The position numbers were made by a program, and so were the translations under genes. DNA of 63,980 nucleotides, counting the filler, from Octopus bimaculoides (Eukaryota): NCBI RefSeq assembly GCF_001194135.2. It is 6 parts of 5 records of this genome, joined end to end, with 100 filler letters (N's around TTAATTAATTAA, not from the genome) between each part and the next. Parts side by side here need not be neighbours in the genome. Positions count along the whole stretch, not along the records: positions 1 to 23,925 come from NC_068982.1; 5 more parts are not named here. One strand, written 5' to 3'. Positions 12,233 through 24,025 of this stretch are shown piece after piece. Numbering within the stretch: position 1 is the stretch's first letter; every line of letters starts with the position of its first letter. The notes beneath the pieces were generated by a model that was not told where the DNA came from, made no database searches, and saw only the letters and a list, made by a program, of their open reading frames with translations.

Positions 12233-12760
12233 CAGGATTTTCGGGCTAAATTCTGATAATTTTCTATGTCTCCCTTTTTCAGGAACAGCTTGATGTTCTG
12301 GTAAACAGTCAACGGCGTCAGAGAGCATAAAGATTAAAGTTGTAGCTGAAAACAGTAAGCTGATATGGAGGACTGGCAGCCATCTGAGTACTGGGAAGGT
12401 GTTACCTGCATCACGACGATTCGCGCCGGACATCATTTCTGCTGCTCAACACTCTATGAACATTGTAAAAGCTGTAAGACATGATATGGACATCAGGAAA
12501 ACCAAGGTCTTCGAAACTGTGATTGTCTTTGGGTGTGCCTCCAGTGAGGGTGACACCATGCAGCCTCACATCTTTGTACGAAGTCATAGGCTCAATACAG
12601 ATGGCTATGTGAAACTGTTGGAGACTGTGGTCAAACCATGGCCGGAAAGGGTTGCTAATGGAAGGTCATTTGTGTGAGAGGTAGCAGGATTCGACTCCTT
12701 GCCATCCCTCGGGAAAGTGTCGGAAGTAGTTGTTGGGAAATCCTGCGTTCCAACTTTGAC
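12233..12760 (+). mobile_element. DD37D (maT-like) deletion derivative
   Basis: Putative 5' end caggattttcgggctaaatt. N-terminus MEDWQPSEYWEGVTCITTIRAGH, followed within ~100 bp by KTKVFETVIVFGCASSEGDTMQPHIF...LNTDGYVKLLETVVKPW, homologous to the peptide at 3707. Confidence 0.8.
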
Positions 12761-12942
12761 AGAATTACATTATCCGTCAATTTTGCCACTGGCAAAAGGA
12801 AAAATAAAGAAAAAAGAAGTGAAAAAAGAATATTTAGCCGAACAGTTTTGTGTAGATTCATTCTTCCAGGGCGTGATGTTCATAACTCACAAGCATATTA
12901 TATTTGTCCTCATGCATTTTGAGAACTGAAAGTGTAGTAGAT

Positions 12943-13480
12943 TCAGAATATTTTCTCGAGAATATGCACTTTCAGGTGTTCCTCAAAATTGCAGCCACTT
13001 GATGTAAAATGTCCACCAAGTTCTGTCGAACTACGATTATTATGCATGACGTCATACCTGTGCCCCTTGAATCTTTTGTTTAATTGTTCTGTTGTATAAC
13101 CAACATAAATCAAGTTGTGTTTGGTGCATTCTGCTGTGGACACCAAATGGGAATCTTTACACGTCCCACCTTCCATATAAATCATAACATTTCTGTGATG
13201 ATTCCTGATGGAATCAACTTGATTCATGTTGTTGCACAATGAACAGGGCTTACCTGTCTTGCGGCTGTTCTTCAAGGTACAGCGTTCAGAAACTCTCTTT
13301 CCTTCTTTGGCTTTACCCAGTCTTATAAATTCTACATAGACTAACAGATCTTCCATCCAGTTAGTACTTTTTTAATACTTGTTAGCATATCCAAATGTCA
13401 TTCACATAAACGGTTTCACAGCTCGTCTTTGAGTTGGTGCCGCTCGGTCTACATTAGATGAAAGAAAGATTCCTCCCATA
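12943..13480 (-). mobile_element. Penelope-like retroelement GIY-YIG endonuclease fragment
   Basis: CSLC...GTCKDSHLVSTAECTKHNLIYVGYTTEQLNKRFKGHR fits the PLE GIY-YIG pattern (C..C, YVG.T, RF..HR). Confidence 0.8.
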
Positions 13481-14330
13481 TCTAGCAATTTCACAATCTG
13501 TGCCGTCTTAAGGCATGGGTAGTTGCCTGGGACCTCACGGATGGAGGGGCTCAATTATGACATATGTATACAGTGGCTTGCGGTCAATAAATAAATACTA
13601 TAGGGCCCAATGCATTGGTTTGCCCGAGTGCCGATAATGCAATTAGACAATTCAATCTACAATCTGACATACAAACATTTTTATATCTTTTTCATACTAA
13701 CACTATTGAACAGTTTCAGCATGTTTAGTGCTGTAGACAATGGAGGTTCTATTAACAAATAAAAATGTATTTTAATTGTGTGTCTAGTTGATAATGTATG
13801 ATGGCCTTCAAAGAATGATTCTGCATCGACTTCAACGTCTTGTATTTTTGTACATCAAAATCCATCTGTTTGCTAAGTATTTTTAAATATTTATATAACG
13901 TTCAGCATCATAATCCATCTAATTTGCTAGATTTTTATTTCACAAAACTTTCCCTATGCATATTATAAAACAATTAATTGCTGAGTAGAGTACTCCATGT
14001 TAATTTGTTATAATAAATAATATAATAATAATTAGCTCATGAAATACAATAAAAATTGAAAATAAAATTTAATTCAATGCCTTGAATTTATTGCTTTAAT
14101 TACTCAATCGAGCGCAGCACTATGTGCTTTGATTATGTGAAGTGTTTTGTTTGTCTGTGTATTTTGTTATATTGAAAGTGCTCTGAATAATATATTTGTG
14201 TACGGTTCTAAGTCGTACCGTTTTTGTTATGCAGCGCTTTTAATCATTCCCGAGGCAATTTAATGGAAATGTTCCTACTTTCAATCCCCGCATTCTGGTT
14301 GTCTCTGTTACCAGATATTTGGGTAGCTTA

Positions 14331-14520
14331 AGGCAACGAGCAAGCAGAATACTTAGAACACTCGATAAAATGCTTCGCGACATTTCTTCCGGCTTTATGT
14401 TCTGACTTCAAATTCCGCCGAGGTCGACTTTCGGTGTTGATAAAATAAGAACCAGTTGAGTACTGGGGTCGATGTAATCGATTAGCTCCCTCCTCAACAT
14501 TTCAGACTATAACAGAAAAT
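14331..14520 (+). mobile_element. SINE-A, diverged with internal deletion
   Basis: ttcaaattccgccgaggtcgacttt...gtactggggtcgatgtaatcga. Confidence 0.75.
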
Positions 14521-14904
14521 ATTATATTTGGGTCGTTTCTCTATTTCTTTCGGGGGATATACGTTTGTTTGAATTGGTATTTCAATTAAAAGGCATTTCT
14601 TTCCCTGTGGTTTTGACAACATTATTAGAACTATATGTTTTATTGCCTTGTATGAATTGAGATTACTCCATCTCAGAGTAATGTTTTGACAATATTAACA
14701 AAACCACTTGCCTTAATCTCTCTGTGTTGAAGTAACATTTCCTCACAATAATGTCCACTCTAATTATTAAGAGTTAGTATGTGAAAAACTAATTGTGATT
14801 TTTTTTTTGTGAGAAAATTACGTCCACATTGTTTGAGTAAATATAAGTTTCAAAAGATTTAAAGATAATTTCAGCACATCCTTTATATATATATATATAT
14901 ATAT

Positions 14905-17480
14905 CCTCACCTTACTCTTTGCTACATTCACTTACAGTTTCCTCCTCTCACACACTCTTCCAAACTCTACCACCAGTCTCCTCAGTTGCTCTTCCGAATT
15001 TCCCACCAGTGCTGTATCATCAGCAAACAACAATTGATTCCCCTACCATTTCTCTCCATTTTCTCGCACCATTTGGGCTCCCCTACCAAAGGTTCTAGCA
15101 TTTACCTCACCATCCATATATAAATTAAACAGCCACGGAAACATCACACAACCCTGTCTTAACCTCATCTTCACATCAAACTACGCACTTACTTCACCAC
15201 CCACCCTAACCTACGCCGTAATTTCTTTATAAAAACTCTGTACAGCTCTCAACAATCCACCATCTACTCCTTACAACCGCAACAGCTTCCTCATGGCAAC
15301 CCTATCCACATGGTCATATGCTTTCTCTAAATCCATAAAGGCCTAATACACCTCCCTCCCTTTTGCCAAAAACTTCTCACACGTCTACCTTACTACAAAT
15401 ATTTCATCTGCACACCCGCTTCCACCCCTAAAACCATACTGCTCCTCCCCTAGTACACTCTTTGTCTGGTTCCTCATCCTTACAATCAGAATTCTCCTAT
15501 ACAACCACACACAACAGAGTTATACCCCTAAAATTTCCACACTCACAATTATCCCCTTTCCCTTTGTACAGTAGCTCTATTCGGGCATTGCACCAGTCCT
15601 TTGGTACTCTTCCAGCTATATAACAAACATTCATAAGCCTCACTAACCGTTCAATCACTGTCACTTCTCCTTTCTTTAGGCGTTCTAGTGTACACCCATC
15701 TATACCTGGCACCTTCCGGTTTGCCATCTGCCGCAAGGATTCCCTCACCTCCCCCCTTCAATTTTGCACCGAAGGTCCATTCCCCCAACAACAGGCATTC
15801 TCCTCTCTCCTCCTACAGCCACTATACTTGCCTCCGTAACATCCTCCACATTTAGCAGCTCTCTAAAATACTTTGCCCATCTCCTTTGTACGTCCTCACT
15901 TCCTTTCAACAAATTTCCGTTTACATCCTTCACCCTTTCTTCCCTTCATCCAACCACCTTTCTTACCCCCTGTACCTCTTTCCAAAACATCTTTTTATTT
16001 CTTACAAAATGTTCACTCAACTTTTTCCCGAACCTTTCCCTCACTTCCCATTTCGCCACCCTCTTCACTCTCTTCACTGACCTCTTCCATTCTCTGTAGC
16101 GATCAGAAGCCTCTCCATCCCTTTTCTGCAACCGCTCTTCAAAGGCCCTTTTCTCCTCTGCCACAGCATCCCTTACCTGCTCATTCCATCACTCACTACT
16201 TTTCCTCACACCCATTCCAACCACTCGTGTACCACAAACTTCAGAGGCACCTCTCATTACTGCCTCTCTAAAAGCCTCCCACTCCTCCTTCACATCTACC
16301 TCCCCTTTTTTTACCTGTTCATATTCACCTCTCCGTTTCTCTATATACGCCTTCTCCTTCTCTCTCCTGTCCAGTTCCCTCACCTTCACAACCTCTCCTC
16401 TCTGTCACTCGTCTAACATTCCGTTTTGAGCACACCTTCAACTTACTCTGTACTAAGAAGTGATCTGACACTCCTCCACCTTCACCTCTCATCATATGCA
16501 CATCCACCAACCTTCCTGCCACTTTCTTATCAATTAATACATAACCCATCAAGGCCCTACCCACTACTGTTCCTCCCTCCACCCTCCACCATGTGAACTT
16601 ATTCTCCTCCCACTTTTTAAAAATACTATTCCCCACCACCATCTCCTGCTCCAACAACCTCCTTCCACTCTCATTCCGACCAGGAACTCCATATTTCCCC
16701 ACTACATTTTCTACTTCCTCATTTCCCACTCGCGCATTCAAGTCACCCAACACCACCACATAACCACTTATCCCCACCCTATTCACACACTCTGTCAGTT
16801 CCCTCCAGAACTCCTCTACTTCCACCTCACTCCTTTCACTCCCTGGACCATATGCACTAAAATGCACCCACATCTCTTCACCCACATTAACCTTGAAGAC
16901 ACTTCCCTCCACTCCACCACATCCCCCTTCACACGCTCACTCACCAGCAATGCCACTCCCTCACAATCCCTCCCCCTTCTACTTCCGACACTCATCCGGT
17001 CACATCACCAAACTGGTACTCTCCCTTACCTTTCATCTTAGTTTCACTCAGTGCCAGTACACCTATCCTTCTCATCATCGCACTCTCTATCTCACCCCTC
17101 TTTACCTTACTTGTGCTACACACACGTACATTCCATGACCCTAGTGCTAGGGTGAGATTAGTTGTTAACCTTCCTCCATCCCCCCTTGTCTTTTTAGAAA
17201 TATGAAATTACTAGGAGTGGATTCCCAGTTCCTTCGCTCCCGCCCCTTTTAATGGCCTCTTACGCCACGCAGGGAATATGGCAACTATGATTTAACAGCC
17301 CCCCCCCCCGCCACTCGCAGGGGGTTTGCTAGTTAACCCATAGCTTACAGGTGCTACCACTCCAGGCCAGAGTAGACCTGGTAACAATAGTGGCTAAGGG
17401 GTGGTTCCTCATTCATCACACCCTGAAACTAGGGTCCCAGGGTCCCGCTACTGGATGTAGTTTATAGTCACACCCAGGAC
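14905..17480 (-). mobile_element. RTE-clade LINE (APE endonuclease + RT), 5' intact, 3' truncated, frameshifted
   Basis: LALGSWNVR (~17140), VLALSETK, SAYGPGSE, LGDLNARVG, SDHFLV (APE); FRGITLL, EEQYGF, FMDLEKAYD, LRQGCVMFPWLFN, LFADD (15016-15027) (RT). Breaks off after VNVAKSKV at a (TA)n run. Confidence 0.95.
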
Positions 17481-18376
17481 TATATATTTAGATATTTTAA
17501 TAAAATAAACTCATCAAAACTGCTGAAAGCTTATATATGCGTAGGAACTTATCAAAGGAATCTTTATTGAATTTTTATAAACTTTTATTAAAACGAAGTA
17601 AAATTTTAAAGTTCTGAAGAATTCANNNNNNNNNNNNNNNNNNNNNNNNNNNNNNNNNNNNNNNNNNNNNNNNNNNNNNNNNNNNNNNNNNNNNNNNNNN
17701 NNNNNNNNNNNNNNNNNNNNNNNNNNNNNNNNNNNNNNNNNNNNNNNNNNNNNNNNNNNNNNNNNNNNNNNNNNNNNNNNNNNNNNNNNNNNNNNNNNNN
17801 NNNNNNNNNNNNNNNNNNNNNNNNNNNNNNNNNNNNNNNNNNNNNNNNNNNNNNNNNNNNNNNNNNNNNNNNNNNNNNNNNNNNNNNNNNNNNNNNNNNN
17901 NNNNNNNNNNNNNNNNNNNNNNNNNNNNNNNNNNNNNNNNNNNNNNNNNNNNNNNNNNNNNNNNNNNNNNNNNNNNNNNNNNNNNNNNNNNNNNNNNNNN
18001 NNNNNNNNNNNNNNNNNNNNNNNNNNNNNNNNNNNNNNNNNNNNNNNNNNNNNNNNNNNNNNNNNNNNNNNNNNNNNNNNNNNNNNNNNNNNNNNNNNNN
18101 NNNNNNNNNNNNNNNNNNNNNNNNNNNNNNNNNNNNNNNNNNNNNNNNNNNNNNNNNNNNNNNNNNNNNNNNNNNNNNNNNNNNNNNNNNNNNNNNNNNN
18201 NNNNNNNNNNNNNNNNNNNNNNNNNNNNNNNNNNNNNNNNNNNNNNNNNNNNNNNNNNNNNNNNNNNNNNNNNNNNNNNNNNNNNNNNNNNNNNNNNNNN
18301 NNNNNNNNNNNNNNNNNNNNNNNNNNNNNNNNNNNNNNNNNNNNNNNNNNNNNNNNNNNNNNNNNNNNNNNNNNNN

Positions 18377-19340
18377 ATAAATTAAGTACCAGTTACGCAC
18401 TGGGGTCGATGTAATCGACTTAATCCCTTCGTCTGTCCTTGTTTGTCCCCTCTATGTTTAGCCCCTTGTGGGCAATAAAGAAATAAGAAACGTTAGCACG
18501 CGATAGGGCGGTGAGGTGGCAGAAACGTTAGCACGCAGGACGAAATGTTTAGCGGTATTTCGTCTGTCTTTACGTTCTCAGTTCGAATTCTGCCGAGGTC
18601 GACTTTGCCTTTCGGGGTCAATAAATTAAGTACTTGTTACGTACTGGGGTCGATCTAATCGACTCCCCCAAAATTTCGGGCCTTGTGCCTATTATTAAAA
18701 CGGCAGCGAGTACACAGAATCGTTAGTACATCGGACAAAATGTTTAGCGGCTTTTCGTCCGGCTTTATGTTCTGACTCCAAATTCCGCCTAGGTCGACTT
18801 TGCCTTTCATCCTTTTGCGGTCGATAAAATAAGTACCACTAATGTACTAGGATCGATGTAATTAATTATCCTCTTCCCCAAAAATTTTAGGCTTTCTGCC
18901 TTTAGAAAAAAGGATTATCATCATTGTTGTTGTTATCCTTATCAAATCGGTGAGCTGGCAGAATCGTTAGCACGCTGGACAAAATCCTTAGCGGTTTTTC
19001 ACTCATCGCAATGTTCCGAGTTCAAATTCCGCCGAGTCGCCTTTGCTTTTTTTTATCCTTTCGGGGTCGATAAATCAAGTACCAGTTGCGTACTGGGGTC
19101 GATCTAATCGACTGAGCCTTCCCCAAAAATTTCAAGCCTTGTGCCTATAGTTGAAAGGATTAAAATGGCGGCGAATTAGCAGAATCACGAGCGGCATTTG
19201 TTTCCACGCTTTATGTTCCGAATTTAAATACTTCCAAAGTCGTTACGGGTGTCGATGTAATATCACCTTTCATTATTACGGGTGTCGATCTAAGCTACTA
19301 ACTTCCATCACCCTGAAATAGCTAACCCTGCGCCAAATTT
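18377..19340 (+). mobile_element. Head-to-tail cluster of about five SINE-A copies
   Basis: Successive heads near 18505, 18701, 18946 and 19166, plus a 3' half at 18377-18490. The first four carry a ggggtcgat..atcgac-type module; the last is highly degenerate. Confidence 0.9.
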
Positions 19341-20939
19341 TGAAGCAACCAGCAATTACCAATTCGCTGGAGGTAGGGAAATGTAAATTCATTTAATTAC
19401 AAAGTTCGTTGACAAACCATCCCGTTACTAAATGTGAAAATCTTCACACAAAGCATAGTTTATGTGGGCTAACAAAATATTTGAAATATTTGACACAAAA
19501 CTGCAAAGAATAACATTTAAGCCACTCTTTCTTTCTCTTTTTGGTATTTACTCATTCTTTGTGAACTCTATCTAAACATATAGAACTTTCATTTAATTGA
19601 TTGCTTTTCATACTCATTAGCATATTCAAATAACATTCACATAAATGGGTTTTTCACTTTGTTGTGAATTGATTAATTAGGCTAAAACCTCGCTGGCAGT
19701 CTGAAATAAATTCAGGAGTAATTCCCTCACCCCTACTCATCTCCATCAACATTGCAAGGTTGCAAATTCGTTCATTCTGAAACAAATACCACTATTTCAG
19801 CAAATTTTAAAATCAATGTGGATTTGTTTCTTGCAGGGAAAATTTACAGCATTTTTAGCTAGTAAATCATATTTTATATATATATAAAGCATTAATATGT
19901 TCGTCACTAGATATGGAGTCACATCAGCAAATCAAAGAAACCAGAAGCTAACCTTTGTTGTACCCAGTGGAGGCTCGTAGATAAAATTAGTTGGGGTGCT
20001 GCTTCAAAAAAATGTTTAGCCGCTGTTTTAATATTTTGTAAAAGGAAACAAACATATAGGAAGAAAATTTATACATAAACTTGATCGGTTCGCGTTTTAG
20101 TTACTGCCGTGTAGTGTATTTAATTTATTCACTGAACATCGCCGCGAATTCCCCCTTGTTTTTCAAAAATCCCCTCTATATCACAAAATAAGGGGGGGGG
20201 GAATCTGACCTGTTTTTCAAATCCTGGCAGCAACACTGTAGCTGGAAGGAGGATAATAATCTAATTCTACACTTTATCACACTCAAGAATATAAATACGA
20301 TTTTAAGCACAACTCACGCGGAGTCAAAAAGAAGCACTACCTTTCACCAGCACACCAGGATCGGCATTACGTGAACGGCAGTACTCTCTCTCCCTAGCCT
20401 GCAGCTTCCTATCTCGGACATGTGAGCATTACACCGCATCTTGGAACTGTGAAGCGCACCGTTCTATACAAGGATTTTTGTATTTTTTTTCATAAATTAG
20501 GGGATGGCTACTGACAGTAAGCTTAAGGCTTATATAATGCACAAATATAAAGAAAGAATTTAAAGAAAAAGGGACTCATTGCATTGAATGTTATCGATAA
20601 CATCGAGTGGAAATAGGGGGTGCTGCAGTTCCGCAGTGCCTATACCTCTTCTTCAGAAAATGAACAAAAGACGATTGAAATGCTGTGTGTATAACATTTA
20701 TAATGTGTTTACAAATGTGGAACGGATCGAGTTGTAATATTTTGTCACAGAAATGTTTCAAAGAGACTTTGAGTTAAAATACACAACTTTGCTCAGAACG
20801 CTGGTGGATCACCAACAAGATTTGGCCACCTCAGTAACGAAAATTCCAGGCTTGTTTCGATACAAAAGTCAGTAAAACAAGACATTTACTGATTTGTGCG
20901 AAAGCTAACAAGGCTAGGATTAAATCAATATACACACTT

Positions 20940-21530
20940 GAAACAGCATTAGATTAAAATACCAATATGCATCAACAACAAACTTGTGTCTACTTTTACG
21001 TTGTCAAACAACTCTTTTTCCAGAATCTTGCGCTATGTAGTCAGTTCTTCAATGACAACATTTACAACCCGTAAAACTACTTTATATAAAATATTTATCA
21101 ATTTCTGTAGCAGTATTCAAAACCACGGGATACTTCAGCAATCTCTTCAACGCGTGTAATCAATGTCTCATAAAATTTGTTTATTACAGCTTGCTACACA
21201 AATTGTTTAGATAGAACTATATGACGTCATTAAGTGGTCTGAAAACAACAGCCCCATATTCAGAGGCCTCTTTTTATAACTATTGTAACTAGCATCTTTT
21301 AACTGTAGCTTAGTTTCAATACTTCATATTGACTTGATTTTTTTCTCCCATGCATCACGAATCTCTGGATCTTCGTGGTGTGCTACACAATGTTGTTGAA
21401 CTAAGAGTAGAATGTCTTGTTTCTGTCTTGCTGTGACACCATTAATTCTGACACTCCATCAGACGTAAACATGCAGTACAAATCTTTTCTCTTTATAAAC
21501 TGCTAGATCGTTGAAACAATAGAAGCTGTT
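20940..21530 (-). mobile_element. Heavily decayed hAT transposase fragment
   Basis: Motifs in the expected order across frameshifts: MFTSDG (21455-21472), QQHCVAHHED (21369-21398), FRPLNDV (21223-21243, RWLS-region equivalent). Confidence 0.65.
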
Positions 21531-21594
21531 CATTTTGCGCTTCACACCCTTCGCTTCTTTTGAAATGGACGTAATTCTTTTATAAATATTCTGT

Positions 21595-22005
21595 TACTCT
21601 TTTATTTTTGTCTCACTCTCTATGATTAGTCTCATTGGACTGCAGCTTTGCTGGAGCACCGTCTTGTAGGTCTAGTCAAACAAATCGACTTATTCTAAAT
21701 CTAGTATTAACACCAACTTTTACCGCACTGCTAGATTACGGGGACTGAAGCAAAGTAACATTGGTTGCCACACACACACTCATACATGCACACACACGCA
21801 CACACACACACACGCACACACACACGCACACGTACACATACACAAATTTATACACGGCGGGCTTCTCACAGTTTTTTCTACTACATTCACTCACAAGACA
21901 TTGGTCGGCCTGAGGTTATAATAAAAGACCAGAGTGCCGTGTAGCGGAACTGAACTCGAAACTACGAAGTTGCGAAGCAAACATCTTAACCATATAGTTA
22001 TATTC
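21595..22005 (-). mobile_element. SINE-B, older variant
   Basis: Tail gactgcagctttgctggagcaccg, internal (CA)n, head ggaactgaactcgaaactacgaagttgcgaagc. Confidence 0.7.
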
Positions 22006-23006
22006 AATAGAACTTCAGTAAGCTTCCAACAAAATTTGTAAAGAGATCTTTGTAAATTTTACATGAACACACTCCGGCAAACATCGTCGCAGCCGTATTA
22101 CAGCAGAAAGGGAGGGGTGAGGTGACATAAGTTAGTTCTGTGCAAATGTGGAATTTGAAAAAAAACTAACCAACTTATGTTAACAGAAATACTTAACCAA
22201 GAGATTATTTTCAGCAAATATCCATTTACAGTGAATAACATAAATACCAATGATATACTTTGGTCGATTATTACTCTATACTAACATAAAATAAAGTAAA
22301 ATAGAATAAAATAGAAAAATAAAACTTGCTGTGGTTGCACTATAATGAAAAAACTATATTGCGGCAGTCAGCTGCTGCAATAAAGACGATTTATTGTAAA
22401 ATGTAACAACAACAACGAAAATAAGTTTAAAAGATGAGAGATAACAAGAAATAAGACTCACTATGATGAAAGGTCTTGTATAGAAATTATTGTTGGTGTT
22501 TTGGGGCCCAGGGTTTAAGCTCCCATTGAGCAGAACTGTGATCAAACGTGTTCCGAACATAATCATCTTTCTACTTATTTTTACCCTCTTTCTTTTCCTT
22601 TTCTTTTCTGTGTGTGTATCTCAGTTAGACCGTCCAGTCTATCCTTCTATATTAGATATATTAGAGTGTGATTTGAGGGAGATTTGGCGGCTGTTCTTAA
22701 TAGATGTGATTGTATAGAAGGTCCATTTCTTTTTTGCTTATAGCTTTCATATATTTGACCCTTGCCTAGTTAGCCCTGATTGAGTTGATTCATCTCTGAT
22801 TGAATACATTCCAGCTGTGACCATCATGTCTTTTATTCTATCTAGGCTTGCATTGCCTTAAAGACTGTACAGTTCTAATTATAGAGGGATTTAGTTGATC
22901 TTCCGTAAGCTGCTGCTGTTATTATTTTAGTTGTTGTCGCTGTTGTGTTGATAATAGTGGAGATGCCCCACTAACCCATGCTAATCAAACGACAAACGCC
23001 ATTTTT

Positions 23007-23639
23007 GGATCTATTTTAAAACGGGGGCACCAGTTTTCATTTATGTTTTATGTAGTGTTTTTGGTACCGAAAGGCTTTCAAACTTCGTATACTTACCTAT
23101 TTTGTGTTATAGAACAGAAAAATATTTTTGTATTCGAACTTATTTCATGTAAAAAATTGTCTTATTTCGATAATTTCTACTAATCACTGACGTCTATTCA
23201 GTTGAAAACAGTTAGCGCTGTAACGGTGTATATCGTATTAATCCCCTAACTCTAACCCTAACCCTAACCCTAACTAGACTGTTAACCGTAACCGTAACCC
23301 TAACCCTAACTCTAGAATCCGAACTCTAAAATTGTTACACACATAGATACGCACAGCGTAATTTATTATATAAACAATATATGCGTATAAATTACGATTA
23401 AACCGGATGAAATATGTCACAGGGAATAACATTTTTATGACCGCCCAGCAGTAACTCTATTAAGCTGAATAGACGTCAGTGATTGGTTGAAATTACAGAA
23501 ATACAACTTTAACATGGAATAACTTGCCAATTCCTTTTTTTTTTTTTTTTTGTTAAGAAGACTAAGAGTAAAAGATGTTTTATATGACACATTCTACCAG
23601 TGTCCCAAGTTTCAAAGTGTTTCGTTTTAAAATAGATCC
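23007..23639. mobile_element. 633-bp MITE with perfect 17-bp TIRs, 8-bp TSD and internal telomeric repeats
   Basis: TIR GGATCTATTTTAAAACG (23007-23023, 23623-23639). TSD CCATTTTT (22999-23006, 23640-23647). Perfect inner 20-bp inverted repeat at 23182-23201 / 23465-23484. (CCCTAA)n-like runs at 23243-23313. Confidence 0.95.
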
Positions 23640-23782
23640 CCATTTTTCTTCATTCTCTTCCCTCCCTCTCTTAGCAGACAATGATGCTAGGGTCATCTAT
23701 TGATCGTGTACATATCTAAGCGTATGTGTAACCTTATTTAAAAACCTATCTACCAAACTACCTGCCTACTTATCTACTGACA

Positions 23783-23859
<77 letters not shown>

Positions 23860-23925
23860 GCCAGAGATCCCTGGCCTGGCAGTGCTATCGAGAAGCACTA
23901 CCCGTTCGGGATAAGCTCTACAGGC

Positions 23926-24025
23926 NNNNNNNNNNNNNNNNNNNNNNNNNNNNNNNNNNNNNNNNNNNNTTAATTAATTAANNNNNNNNNNNNNNNNNNN
24001 NNNNNNNNNNNNNNNNNNNNNNNNN
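23926..24025. other. Artificial scaffold linker 44N-TTAATTAATTAA-44N
   Basis: Exactly 100 bp and identical at five sites; the 12-mer gives stops in all six frames. Confidence 0.95.

Noticed and set aside
20205-20240. Right-end-like sequence (revcomp CAGTGTTGCTGCCAGG) as a DNA transposon TIR
   Set aside because: No matching left end or TSD found.
22490-22870. Two similar short motifs (ctgattgag...attccagctgtgaccat) and gtgtgatttgagggagatttggc
   Set aside because: Likely fragments of an interspersed repeat, but too degenerate to define boundaries or class from this window.
23970-23981. TTAATTAATTAA recurring five times as a possible regulatory or recombination motif
   Set aside because: Always centred in exactly 44N+12+44N; it is an assembly spacer. 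Adjacency across these joins should not be interpreted biologically.
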